DNA of 64,000 bases, taken from the NCBI GenBank assembly GCA_046566965.1, contig JBKICU010000036.1:27059-91058 (forward strand). The letters run 5' to 3'. The DNA is from Acidobacteriota bacterium. GTDB lineage: Bacteria > Desulfobacterota > Desulfovibrionia > Desulfovibrionales > Desulfovibrionaceae. The translations under genes and the position numbers were made by a program. Within the stretch, counting starts at the first letter, position 1; each line of letters opens with the position of its first letter. This document shows, one piece after another, positions 32,995 to 45,197 of this stretch. The notes under the pieces were generated by a model. It made no database searches. It worked only from the letters and a program-made list of their open reading frames with translations, and was not told the origin of the DNA.

Positions 32995-34581
32995 TCAGTC
33001 CGTCGTGAAGAACAGGAAGACGCCCCGTCCGGTGTCCTTGGCTTTGCGAAGCGCCGCATCGGCACGCCCGATCAGCCGTTCCGTGTCTTCTCCGTCCCGG
33101 GGAAACACGGCAATGCCGATGCTGCCGCCGATTTCGACCTCGTGCTTCCCGAAAAGCAGGAAGGGAATCCGCAGCTGGGTTATCAGATCCTCGGCAACCA
33201 CCGCGACATCGGCAGCGCCGGAAACATCTTCCAACACGATCACGAACTCATCTCCCCCGAGACGGGCCAGCGTGTCGTTTTCGCGCAGACGGTTCTTCAG
33301 CCGCCCGGCGACCAGAACCAGCAACTCGTCGCCGGCCTGATGACCGAGAGTGTCGTTGACCTGCTTGAACCTGTCGAGATCCACGAACAGAACAGCCCCC
33401 TGCCCGCCGTAGCGCCGTACCCGTTCAACGGCGTGCTCCAGCCGGGAATGGAGCAACAGGCGATTGGGAAGTCCGGTCAGGGCGTCGTGGTGGGCCAGGC
33501 GCTCCAACTGGGTTTCGGGGTGCTGCATGCGGCTGACATCGGTAAAGGCCACCACGTAGTTGACCACGTCCCCGTTCTCGTCGCGCACGGCATTGATGGC
33601 CATCCAGGCCGGATAGAGGTCGCCGCTCTTTCGCCGGTTCCACACTTCCCCTTGCCAGGAGCCGGTAGCCTGGACGGCGTGCAGCGGAGCGTTGTGGAAG
33701 GCATGGTCCTGATCGGCTCGAAGCTCGTACAGGTTCCGGCCCAGAGCCTCGGCCTCCGTGTATTCGGTGATGACGCTGAAGGCCGGATTGATGACCAGGA
33801 TGTTCGCATTGAGATCGGTTATCGCGAAACCCTCCTGGGTGCTTATGAAAACCGTGTTGGCCTGGCGCAGTTTCTTCTCAATCTCCACGCGTTCCGTAAT
33901 GTCGAGTATGACGCCGATCACTGCCGGCAGGCCTTCATACTGGAAAGAACAGCCGTGCACCTCGACGACGATGAGGCGTCCGTCTTTTCGTATCCCGGTG
34001 AAGGTGTAGCGAAGTTCCTTTTCCCCGCCCGTTTCGCGGCGGGAGACGTTCCGGGAAACAGTGATCTGGTCTTCGCGCGCGACCAGGGCGCTGACCGGTA
34101 TCTGGTCGATAATCTCCGAAGGTTCCTGGTACCCGAAAATATTGGCGAATTCCTTGTTGACGTACCGGAAGCGGTCTGCCTGCAGGATGTATATGCCGGC
34201 CAGGGACTGATCCACCAGGGAGCGGAACTTCGCATCGGCGACGTTCTGCTCCGCCTGTTTCAGGCGATCGAGGAAAAAGCCGAACACGCCTCCCATGAGA
34301 GTGAAAACTCCCACTGCCCAGAGGTGGTGCGTTTCCTTCAGTGCGAGGGAAAACTCAGGAGGTATGAAGCAATACCAGACGATGGACGTGGAAATACACG
34401 TGGCGATCAGAGCGCCGGTCAGGCCGCAGAGCCAGGCGCACAAAAAAACCGCGGGGTAAAAGAGTATCCAGACAGCGGGGCGCAGAAAGGGCCAGAACAA
34501 CCACTGAAGGCCAAAAGCCACGAGAGGGATCAGAATTGCCAGAACCAGTTGCCTTCTCTCGATGGAATAGCGGATGCTCAT
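32995..34581 (-). CDS. Diguanylate cyclase (DUF4118-like membrane domain, 2 PAS, GGDEF)
   Basis: HDALTGLPNR, DLDRFKQVND, RENDTLARLGGDEF with RxxD I-site. Confidence 0.92.
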   Translation of the reverse strand: MSIRYSIERRQLVLAILIPLVAFGLQWLFWPFLRPAVWILFYPAVFLCAWLCGLTGALIATCISTSIVWYCFIPPEFSLALKETHHLWAVGVFTLMGGVFGFFLDRLKQAEQNVADAKFRSLVDQSLAGIYILQADRFRYVNKEFANIFGYQEPSEIIDQIPVSALVAREDQITVSRNVSRRETGGEKELRYTFTGIRKDGRLIVVEVHGCSFQYEGLPAVIGVILDITERVEIEKKLRQANTVFISTQEGFAITDLNANILVINPAFSVITEYTEAEALGRNLYELRADQDHAFHNAPLHAVQATGSWQGEVWNRRKSGDLYPAWMAINAVRDENGDVVNYVVAFTDVSRMQHPETQLERLAHHDALTGLPNRLLLHSRLEHAVERVRRYGGQGAVLFVDLDRFKQVNDTLGHQAGDELLVLVAGRLKNRLRENDTLARLGGDEFVIVLEDVSGAADVAVVAEDLITQLRIPFLLFGKHEVEIGGSIGIAVFPRDGEDTERLIGRADAALRKAKDTGRGVFLFFTTD

Positions 34582-34748
34582 CTGGAAATATCTCGATATT
34601 TGGGCATTGATGGAAACACCTGCACTGCTAATCGTGCAGCATCTGCAGAAACTTCAATACCCGACTGAATCGATTCTGTCTTCAGGCAAACTGCGCGAGG
34701 ATTCCGCTACAGCCGGCAGCACGCCCAGTCGGAGACATCCCGGGCTGC

Positions 34749-36758
34749 TTACGCCACCACCTGCCCCAGCGCCTCGAACATGGTCTTTACGAACACCACG
34801 TCCACTCCGGCAAGCTCGTCGCCGGACATGGCCTGCACCTCCGGCCTGTTGCCGTCCGGCAGGACGACCCTGGCCGCTCCGGCCCTTGCCGCCGCCAGGA
34901 TCTTTTCCCGAATCCCGCCCACGGGGAGAACCTGCCCGGTGAGCGTTATCTCCCCGGTCATGGCCACGTCGCGCCGCAGGGCCTTGCCCGTGTAGAGCGA
35001 GGCCAGGGCCATGGCCAGGGTCAGCCCGGCGGAGCTGCCCTCCTTGGGGATGGACCCCGCCGGGATGTGCACGTGCAGATCCTCCAGGAGAAAAGTGTCC
35101 GGGTCGACGCCAAGCTCCGGCGCGCGAGAGCGCACCAGGCTGAGCGCGGCCTTGGCCGACTCGCACAGCACCTCCCCCAGCGAGCCGGTCATGGTGATGG
35201 CGCCCGATCCCTTCATGCGGATGGCCTCCACGAAGATGATCTCCCCGCCGTGGTCCGCGTAGACCAGCCCCGTGGCCACGCCCACGCGCGGCTCGCCCCC
35301 GGCGGCTTCGCGCACAAAGCGGCGCGGCCCCAGAAGCGCCGGGACCAGCGCCTCGTCAACGGTGATTGGCGATGACGGCTGCTCCCCCTCCAGGCGCAGC
35401 TTGGCAAGCTTGCGGCAGGCCCGGCCGAGCTCGCGGTCCAGGTTGCGCACCCCGGCCTCGCGGGTATAGCCGTCCACCACGGAGTTCAGGGCCGAAGGCG
35501 TGAAGTCCGGGTAGGGATGGGTCAGGCCGTGCTCGCGCAGCTGGCGCGGCAGGAGGTGCCTGAGCGCGATCTGCACCTTCTCGGCGGCGGTGTATCCCTG
35601 GAAGGGGACCACTTCCAAGCGGTCCAGCAGCGGGCCGGACAGCTCGCGCACGTCGTTGACCGTGGCGATGAACAGCACCTGGGAGAGGTCGAAGGGGACC
35701 TCCAGGTAGTTGTCCACGAACTGGCTGTTCTGCTCCGGGTCCAGCATCTCCAGGAACACGGCTGCCGGGTCGCCCCGGAAGTCCTTGCCGATCTTGTCCA
35801 TCTCGTCCAGCATGAACACCGGGTTGCGCACCCCCAGGCGGTGCACCGACTGGAGCACCCGGCCCGGCAGCGCGCCCACGTAGGTGCGCCGGTGGCCGCG
35901 CAGCTCGGCCTCGTCCCGCAGCCCGGCCAAAGACATGCGGTGGAACTTGCGCCCCAGGGCCTCGGCAATGGCCTGCCCCACGGAGGTCTTGCCGGTGCCG
36001 GGAGGTCCGGTAAAACACAGCACGGGGCTGCGGAACACCGTAGGCGCTGCCTTGCCGCGCGCCAGCCGGGCCACGGTGGCGCGCAGCTCGTCCAGGTTCA
36101 CGGGCTTGGCCAGATAGTACACCGCGCCCTGACGCATGGCCTGCACGGCGGTGTCCACGGTGGCGAAACCCGTGACCATCATCACCTGGGTGGACGGCGA
36201 GAGCTTGCGGGCCTCTTCCAGCAGTTGCATGCCGTCCATCTTGTCCATCTTGAGGTCGGTGACGATCAGGTCGAACTCCCAGCGCCGAACCTCCTCCAGG
36301 GCCTCCAGCCCGTTGCACGCGCCGCGTACCCGGTAGCCCTCCTTCCTGAGGACGTACTCCAGGTTGGTGCGGGCGATGTCCTCGTCGTCCACCACCAGAA
36401 TGTGGAAGTCGGACGCGGCCCTGAGCGCGCGCGAGGCCAGATACTCCAACACCCGTTCCTTCACCTGCCCCAGCCCGAAGTGCCGCCCGGACAGGACCTC
36501 GCCTGCGCTCGCCGGATCGAGCCGGTCCTGGGTGGCCGCGCTCCAGGGCAGGCCCAGCAGAAAATCCAGGTACCCGATGCCCACGGAGTATTCGGCCACG
36601 GACGGGTCCGTCCTGGAGAGCCGGTCCAGCTCGCGCAGGGCGGCCTCCCTGGCGTGGGGAGGCAGGTCCGCGCTCTTGGCGCGTTCAGTCAGGACGTCCA
36701 GGTCGCTGCTGGGCGGCTGGGGCGCTTTTCCCTCGGTGCGCTTCTGGAAGAAGATCAT
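34749..36758 (-). CDS. Lon-family protease with inserted receiver domain, no N-terminal substrate domain
   Basis: ERVLEYL-[REC: VVDDE, TDLKM, T, KP]-GPPGTGKTS; RTYVGALPG; PKEGSSAG; GGIREK; start at MIFFQ after GAGG. Confidence 0.92.
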   Translation of the reverse strand: MIFFQKRTEGKAPQPPSSDLDVLTERAKSADLPPHAREAALRELDRLSRTDPSVAEYSVGIGYLDFLLGLPWSAATQDRLDPASAGEVLSGRHFGLGQVKERVLEYLASRALRAASDFHILVVDDEDIARTNLEYVLRKEGYRVRGACNGLEALEEVRRWEFDLIVTDLKMDKMDGMQLLEEARKLSPSTQVMMVTGFATVDTAVQAMRQGAVYYLAKPVNLDELRATVARLARGKAAPTVFRSPVLCFTGPPGTGKTSVGQAIAEALGRKFHRMSLAGLRDEAELRGHRRTYVGALPGRVLQSVHRLGVRNPVFMLDEMDKIGKDFRGDPAAVFLEMLDPEQNSQFVDNYLEVPFDLSQVLFIATVNDVRELSGPLLDRLEVVPFQGYTAAEKVQIALRHLLPRQLREHGLTHPYPDFTPSALNSVVDGYTREAGVRNLDRELGRACRKLAKLRLEGEQPSSPITVDEALVPALLGPRRFVREAAGGEPRVGVATGLVYADHGGEIIFVEAIRMKGSGAITMTGSLGEVLCESAKAALSLVRSRAPELGVDPDTFLLEDLHVHIPAGSIPKEGSSAGLTLAMALASLYTGKALRRDVAMTGEITLTGQVLPVGGIREKILAAARAGAARVVLPDGNRPEVQAMSGDELAGVDVVFVKTMFEALGQVVA

Positions 36759-36827
36759 GTTCACCTCTGCGGTTTCACTCCCTCGTACGTGTTTTTCAAG
36801 CCTGCGCGCAACCTCCTGATGTCTCGC

Positions 36828-36909
36828 TGTGGCGTTTTGCAACACCCGTTGTGATGCGCAACGCACCGGCTGCCTGCCCGAACGCCCGGCGCGTTGCACT
36901 CCGCAACGC
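36828..36909. promoter_or_regulatory. Three palindromic putative activator-binding sites (GTTGC-N5-GCAAC)
   Basis: TGTGGCgttttGCAACA (36828), CGTTGTgatgcGCAACG (36847), GCGTTGCactccGCAACGC (36891). Confidence 0.65.
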
Positions 36910-36959
36910 TTTTCTTTTTTGCAGCTACAAAATAATCAATAATTTCAATGTAATAGTTC

Positions 36960-36975
36960 TGGCACGCTTCTTGGG
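36960..36975 (+). promoter_or_regulatory. Putative sigma54 -24/-12 promoter
   Basis: TGGCACGCTTCTTGG (consensus TGGCAC-N5-TTGC, last base differs), preceded by an AT-rich IHF-like AATCAATAATTT. Confidence 0.65.
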
Positions 36976-37008
36976 TATGGGGTGCAAAGCGACGAGGAGG
37001 ACACAGAC

Positions 37009-37170
37009 ATGGCCAGCATCAGGGACACCATCGAAACCACGTTCGCAGCCCTGGCTTTCGCCGAACGGGACCAGTTCCAGGAGGCTCGCGACCTTCGGGA
37101 CGAAACCCGCAAGACGAATGCGGCAGCCACCGTCAAACGCCCGGACAACCGCCCGAGGGTCAGGGTCTAG
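37009..37170 (+). CDS. Small hypothetical protein (53 aa)
   Basis: GAGGAGG RBS; MASIRDTIETTFAALAFAE. Confidence 0.75.
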   Translation: MASIRDTIETTFAALAFAERDQFQEARDLRDETRKTNAAATVKRPDNRPRVRV

Positions 37171-37176
37171 GCTGCC

Positions 37177-37728
37177 ATGGCGTCACGTTTCGGTATGAAG
37201 CCAGGCCCTGTGGTCCAGGCACGGCGGCCTGCCCGCCTCCGGGAATTCCTGGAGGACGCGGGGTGGGTCGCCGGACTGGCGGAGCATGACCTGCCCGTGT
37301 CCGAACTGGGGCTCAGCGCCTCGGGAAGGGAGAGCAGGAAGATCGTCGCGGTGTCCACCGAGTCGGAGTTTCCTGCCGCGCTCATCCGGCATGCCCTGGG
37401 CGTAGCCGGTCGGCTGGGCACGGAAGTGGTGGCCTTAAGCGTATCCAGATCCGAGCCGGAAGGTTCGTCGGGCGCCTCCGGGACGCACGCGCAGAAGGCC
37501 AGGGAGCTTTTCGAGCAGAAGGCGGAGAAGTCCGCCGGGGAATTCTCCCGCGAGGCCAGGGAAGCGGGAGTGACCTTTCGCCACCTCATTCGTTTCGGAC
37601 GGGTGGCGGACGTGGTCGAGCAGGAGTGCGCACGACTCAGGCGGGTCGAGTTCGTGCTCGCGGTCAAAGAGCAGCGTGGCAGGGACGGCTTCCATGTGAG
37701 CATGCCCCTGTTTGAGGTGATCGGGTAG
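37177..37728 (+). CDS. Hypothetical protein with USP-like features
   Basis: Operonic; KIVAVS..., EVVALSV, HLIRFG pattern resembles the USP fold. Confidence 0.6.
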   Translation: MASRFGMKPGPVVQARRPARLREFLEDAGWVAGLAEHDLPVSELGLSASGRESRKIVAVSTESEFPAALIRHALGVAGRLGTEVVALSVSRSEPEGSSGASGTHAQKARELFEQKAEKSAGEFSREAREAGVTFRHLIRFGRVADVVEQECARLRRVEFVLAVKEQRGRDGFHVSMPLFEVIG

Positions 37729-37783
37729 GGGGGCCTTGGTCCGCCCTTGTTTGTGAAATTTTTAGCAACGAGGAGAGTCCACC

Positions 37784-38083
37784 ATGCACGCGTCCAAGAA
37801 AAAGCCTGTGGCCAAGCTCATGGCATACGGCATCGGAAGTTGCGCCATCTACACCGCCGTGTACCTGTTCCAGGACATCATCATGGCCAGTTTCGCAAAG
37901 GGCGGAGTGTACACCGTGTTGCCTATCGCCACCGTGTTCCTGTTCTCCTGGATTCACGGCACCTTCGCGGGCACACTCTGGGAAGTGCTCGGCATCGACG
38001 CGGTGAAGAAGGCTCCGGCGCAGACCGCCGCGCAGGCCCCCGTCCGCAAGGATTCCCGTTCCCGCGCCACCGTCAGCGCCTAA
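37784..38083 (+). CDS. Small membrane protein
   Basis: GGAG RBS; two TM helices; FSWIHG.F...LWEVLG. Confidence 0.7.
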   Translation: MHASKKKPVAKLMAYGIGSCAIYTAVYLFQDIIMASFAKGGVYTVLPIATVFLFSWIHGTFAGTLWEVLGIDAVKKAPAQTAAQAPVRKDSRSRATVSA

Positions 38084-38109
38084 CACGCCACGCATCACTC
38101 AAGGAGAAC

Positions 38110-39177
38110 ATGCAAATGGATATGCTCAACGAGGCCACCAAGTTCATCCAGTTGGATCCCACCGGGATCGGCTTTTTGTTCATCGTGGGATTCATCGGCG
38201 GACTGGTCAGCGGCTTCATCGGCTCGGGCGGCGCGTTCGTGCTCACCCCCGGCATGATGAGCCTGGGCGTCCCCGGCACCGTGGCCGTGGCTTCCAACAT
38301 GTGCCACAAGTTCCCCAAGGCCCTGGTGGGCTCCATCAAGCGCTACCGTTACGGCCAGGTGGACATCAAGCTGGGACTGTTCATGGCTGCCTTCGCAGGC
38401 ATTGGCGTCCAGATCGGCATCAAGATCCAGAACTTCATCCTGTCCGCCTGGGGCCAGGCCGGTTCCAACCTGTACGTGAGCGTCTCCTTCGTGGTGGTGC
38501 TGGTGGTTGTGGGCGGCATCGTCATGGCCGACGCCCTGAAATCATCGAAGAATTCCTGCGGTGTGGAGCAGACCTGCTCCATCGCCCTGCGCCTGCAGAA
38601 GCTCGAGATCTGGCCCATGGTCACCTTCAAGCGCGCCAACCTGCGCATCTCCCTGTGGTTCCTGCTGCCCGTTGGCCTGGCCACCGGCCTGCTGGCCGCC
38701 ACCATCGCCGTGGGCGGATTCGTGGGCGTGCCGGGCATGATCTACATCCTTGGCGCAACCAGCCTGGTCGCCTCCGCCACCGAACTGGTGATCGCCTTCG
38801 TCATGGGCCTGGCCGGCTCCGTCAACTGGGCCATGCAGGGCATGATCGACATCCGCCTGACGCTCATCATCCTGGCCGGATCGCTCCTGGGCGTGCAGCT
38901 GGGGGCCATCGGCACCACCTACGTGAAAGAACACATGATCAAGATCGTCATGGGCACCATCATGCTCATCGTGGCCGTGTCGCGCGGCCTGGCCATGCCC
39001 GAATACCTCGGACAGCTGGGCCTGATGGACGTGAGCGAGGCCACCCTGGCGCTGCTCAGCAAGACCAGCTTCGCATTCATGGTCATCTCCCTGCTGGTGG
39101 GCGCGGTGATCATCCTGGGCAGCATGCTCAAGGCCAAGCGGGCCATGTCGCCCTCCACCCGGGAACAAGAGGCGTAA
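38110..39177 (+). CDS. TauE/SafE (DUF81) family exporter
   Basis: GLVSGFIGSGG...TP, second repeat AVGGFVGVP, multiple TM helices; AAGGAG RBS. Confidence 0.9.
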   Translation: MQMDMLNEATKFIQLDPTGIGFLFIVGFIGGLVSGFIGSGGAFVLTPGMMSLGVPGTVAVASNMCHKFPKALVGSIKRYRYGQVDIKLGLFMAAFAGIGVQIGIKIQNFILSAWGQAGSNLYVSVSFVVVLVVVGGIVMADALKSSKNSCGVEQTCSIALRLQKLEIWPMVTFKRANLRISLWFLLPVGLATGLLAATIAVGGFVGVPGMIYILGATSLVASATELVIAFVMGLAGSVNWAMQGMIDIRLTLIILAGSLLGVQLGAIGTTYVKEHMIKIVMGTIMLIVAVSRGLAMPEYLGQLGLMDVSEATLALLSKTSFAFMVISLLVGAVIILGSMLKAKRAMSPSTREQEA

Positions 39178-39179
39178 GC

Positions 39180-40031
39180 ATGTCCATCAAGCGCCTGCTC
39201 GTCAGCGTCGACGATTCCGAGTCCAGCGTCCATGCCCTGAAAGCGGCCCTGGACCTTGCCGGAACGCACAGAGCCTCCCTGACCGCCGTGGCCGTTGCCC
39301 CGCCCTACCAGGGAGACCTGAGGCTGGTCGGCGTGGGCGACATCGCCCGGGTGCTGCGCCAGCCCTGCGAACAGGCCCTGGACAACGCCAAAAGGGAGGC
39401 CGCCCTGCGCGGCCTCCCCCTGACGGCCGTGTGCGAGGAAGGCGAGCCGGGCCAGATGATCGCCGATCTGGCCGACTCCATGCGCGCCGACCTGGTGGTG
39501 ATGGGCAGGCGCAACACCTCCACCATGGGGCGTCTGCTCCTTGGGAGCGTCACGGCCCGGACCATCGGGTTCTCCAACACGGACGTGCTCATCGTGCCTG
39601 ACGGGGCTGCGGTGAACCTGCGCCGGCTGGTCCTGGCCACGGACGGCTCGCGCTTCTCCCTGCACGCGGCCCAAAAGGCCCTGGCGCTGGGAAAGGAACT
39701 GGACTCCCTGCTGGAGGTGGTGTCGGTGATGGACGTGCCCAACGAGTATCTGGCGCTGGCCCCGCAGGCCGAGCAGGAGCTGGCCGCGTCCACCAAGGGC
39801 TTCATCGCCGAGGTCATGGACCTGGCCAGGGCGGCCGGCGTGGCGGCAAAGAGCAAGCTGCTCGAGGGCAACGCCCCGGAGGAGATCCTGAGGTTCGCCG
39901 AGGAAGGCGGCAACGGAACCATCGTCATCGCGTCGCACGGACGCACCGGGCTTCGCAGGCTGCTCATGGGCGGCGTGGTGGAATGGATCGTGGCCCACTC
40001 AACCCTGCCGGTGTGGGTGACCAAAGGATAG
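39180..40031 (+). CDS. Universal stress protein (tandem USP domains)
   Basis: LVSVDDS, DLVVMG, LLGSVT; LATDGS, SHGRTG, LMGGV. Confidence 0.94.
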   Translation: MSIKRLLVSVDDSESSVHALKAALDLAGTHRASLTAVAVAPPYQGDLRLVGVGDIARVLRQPCEQALDNAKREAALRGLPLTAVCEEGEPGQMIADLADSMRADLVVMGRRNTSTMGRLLLGSVTARTIGFSNTDVLIVPDGAAVNLRRLVLATDGSRFSLHAAQKALALGKELDSLLEVVSVMDVPNEYLALAPQAEQELAASTKGFIAEVMDLARAAGVAAKSKLLEGNAPEEILRFAEEGGNGTIVIASHGRTGLRRLLMGGVVEWIVAHSTLPVWVTKG

Positions 40032-40343
40032 TCCGACGTGGAGAGGATCATTCGATCCTGGTCATGGGAAGTGTTGAATCCATGAAGTAAACCTGCAGCG
40101 GGGTTCGGACAACGGCCAGACCACAGGGCGTATGGCCGTCTGCGCCTGGACCTGCGCTCTACTGCTCCTGCTCCTTGGGCCGCCTGCGCCCACCCGAGCC
40201 GTCTCCCGACCCGCAGTCGGGCTGATGGCTCGGATCGCCGTTCCAGGGAGCGCCGACAATCACTGCCGGATGGACGGACCGTGACCCTCCTGCTCCATTT
40301 CCGGTTCCTCCCCGAGGGCGGCGCGGCATGCCCTCTCGTACGG

Positions 40344-40374
40344 AAAGCCCCGCCGGCTCGGCCTGCGGGGCTTT
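40344..40374. terminator. Bidirectional terminator
   Basis: AAAGCCCCGC...GCGGGGCTTT between convergent genes. Confidence 0.6.
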
Positions 40375-40402
40375 GGACTTCAGAGTGCACGGGCTTGTCC
40401 GG

Positions 40403-41308
40403 CTAGGACTTCTTCATGCGCCTGCGCAGGAAGGTCGCGCCCAAAAGGCCCGCGCCCATGAGCAGCATGGTGCCGGGTTCAGGGGTGGCCACGATATCCG
40501 GAGCGGCGAAGGAGCCGGTCAGGAACAGCTCTTCATGGCTGCCGTTCAGGCCGTTCATGTAGAAGGACGCCGCGAAGCGCAGGGTCTGGCCGGTGTTGGC
40601 GGAAGTGTACAGGCTCAGGTCCATGGTCGGGGCGTAGACGATGAAGTCGTTCTTACCGGACCCGGTGTTGTTGGTCACGGTTGCGGGCTGGAACGGCGGG
40701 GCCGGGTTGTTCGCGGTGATCGTCGCGGGAGAGAGGACGAAGGAGGTCGAATCGAAAACGTGGTTGGTGATGTTGTCGAAGGCCCAGTAGGCGACCACGT
40801 TGTCGGACGGGTCAAGCAGCTGGACCACGCCGTTCACGTTCAGGCTTCTCTCCTCGAAGGTGCCGCCGCTTTGGCTCATGTCGAAGTTGAAGACGGGAAT
40901 GTTGATGTCCGGGCCGAAGGTGTGCAGGTAGGCGAGCAGGTTGTCCACGGTCACTGGGGAGAACGCGCCGGTCAAGCCCCAGGTGCCGCTGAAAACGTCG
41001 CTGCCTGCGCCGTTGCCCGAGGGCGTTGACATGGGATCGGGGAACTGGAAGCCTCCGCCCACCGGGTTGTTGTCGATGCCGCCCGCTCCCGTTCCGAGCA
41101 CCACGTCCAGCCCGCCGACTCCCACCGGGCCGTCAAATCCAGGAAGTCCCCAGGCGGTCAGGAGTTTGGCCGAGTAGGAGTAAAAATCATCATAGCGGAC
41201 GGCGTACTGGGTGGGGTCCGGGAGCGCCACCGGAACCGCGAAACTGGGGATGGAGTTTGATACGAACAACAGCATCGTTGTGCAGAGAATGATCTTGAGC
41301 TTTTGCAT
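40403..41308 (-). CDS. PEP-CTERM sorting domain protein
   Basis: Signal peptide; C-terminal TPEPGTMLLMGAGLLGATFLRRRMKKS. Confidence 0.93.
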   Translation of the reverse strand: MQKLKIILCTTMLLFVSNSIPSFAVPVALPDPTQYAVRYDDFYSYSAKLLTAWGLPGFDGPVGVGGLDVVLGTGAGGIDNNPVGGGFQFPDPMSTPSGNGAGSDVFSGTWGLTGAFSPVTVDNLLAYLHTFGPDINIPVFNFDMSQSGGTFEERSLNVNGVVQLLDPSDNVVAYWAFDNITNHVFDSTSFVLSPATITANNPAPPFQPATVTNNTGSGKNDFIVYAPTMDLSLYTSANTGQTLRFAASFYMNGLNGSHEELFLTGSFAAPDIVATPEPGTMLLMGAGLLGATFLRRRMKKS

Positions 41309-41350
41309 GTGATCTCTCCTGGTCGAGGTTCCTATCGATATTTTTGATGT

Positions 41351-41366
41351 AGCAAGAGCTGTTCCA
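41351..41366 (-). promoter_or_regulatory. Sigma54 promoter of the PEP-CTERM gene
   Basis: Minus strand reads TGGAACAGCTCTTGCT. Confidence 0.75.
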
Positions 41367-41482
41367 TAGATAATATGTCATGTATGGCATATCATATTGG
41401 ATTTGTTTGATATTTGTTTACGGGGAACAGGGGTTTGCAAGGGTGCCGAAACAATTCCCCGCACGCCGTGAAGACTCCGGGT

Positions 41483-41529
41483 GGTCGGAGGTGTAAACAA
41501 GCACTTCCGGTCTGTCGGAGAATTTTACA
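41483..41529 (-). promoter_or_regulatory. Two enhancer-like boxes (putative PrsR/PEP-CTERM box)
   Basis: Minus strand TGTAAAATTCTCCGACA and TGTTTACACCTCCGACC, about 120-160 bp upstream of the sigma54 site. Confidence 0.6.
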
Positions 41530-41706
41530 GGTCCGGGAGCCCCTGGCAGGGTGTTTCAGCGTTTCGTGCTGTTGGAGCGCAGAACAGATTTCCGGCTTTT
41601 GTGGACGGACCATCCTCTCTTCAGTAAGGTCAGCGTCCAGCCGTACCTGAAGCGGATCGACGCTCTGTCGGGTCCGTCAGCCCTTAAGCCAGGAGCATCG
41701 CATCCC

Positions 41707-45162
<3,456 letters not shown>

Positions 45163-45197
45163 CGCGGCGCGGGCGATGCACTAAGAACCCTCTCGCC

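Noticed and set aside
40032-40343. Possible gene remnant or sRNA after the USP gene
   Set aside because: No recognisable motif, RBS or convincing structure.
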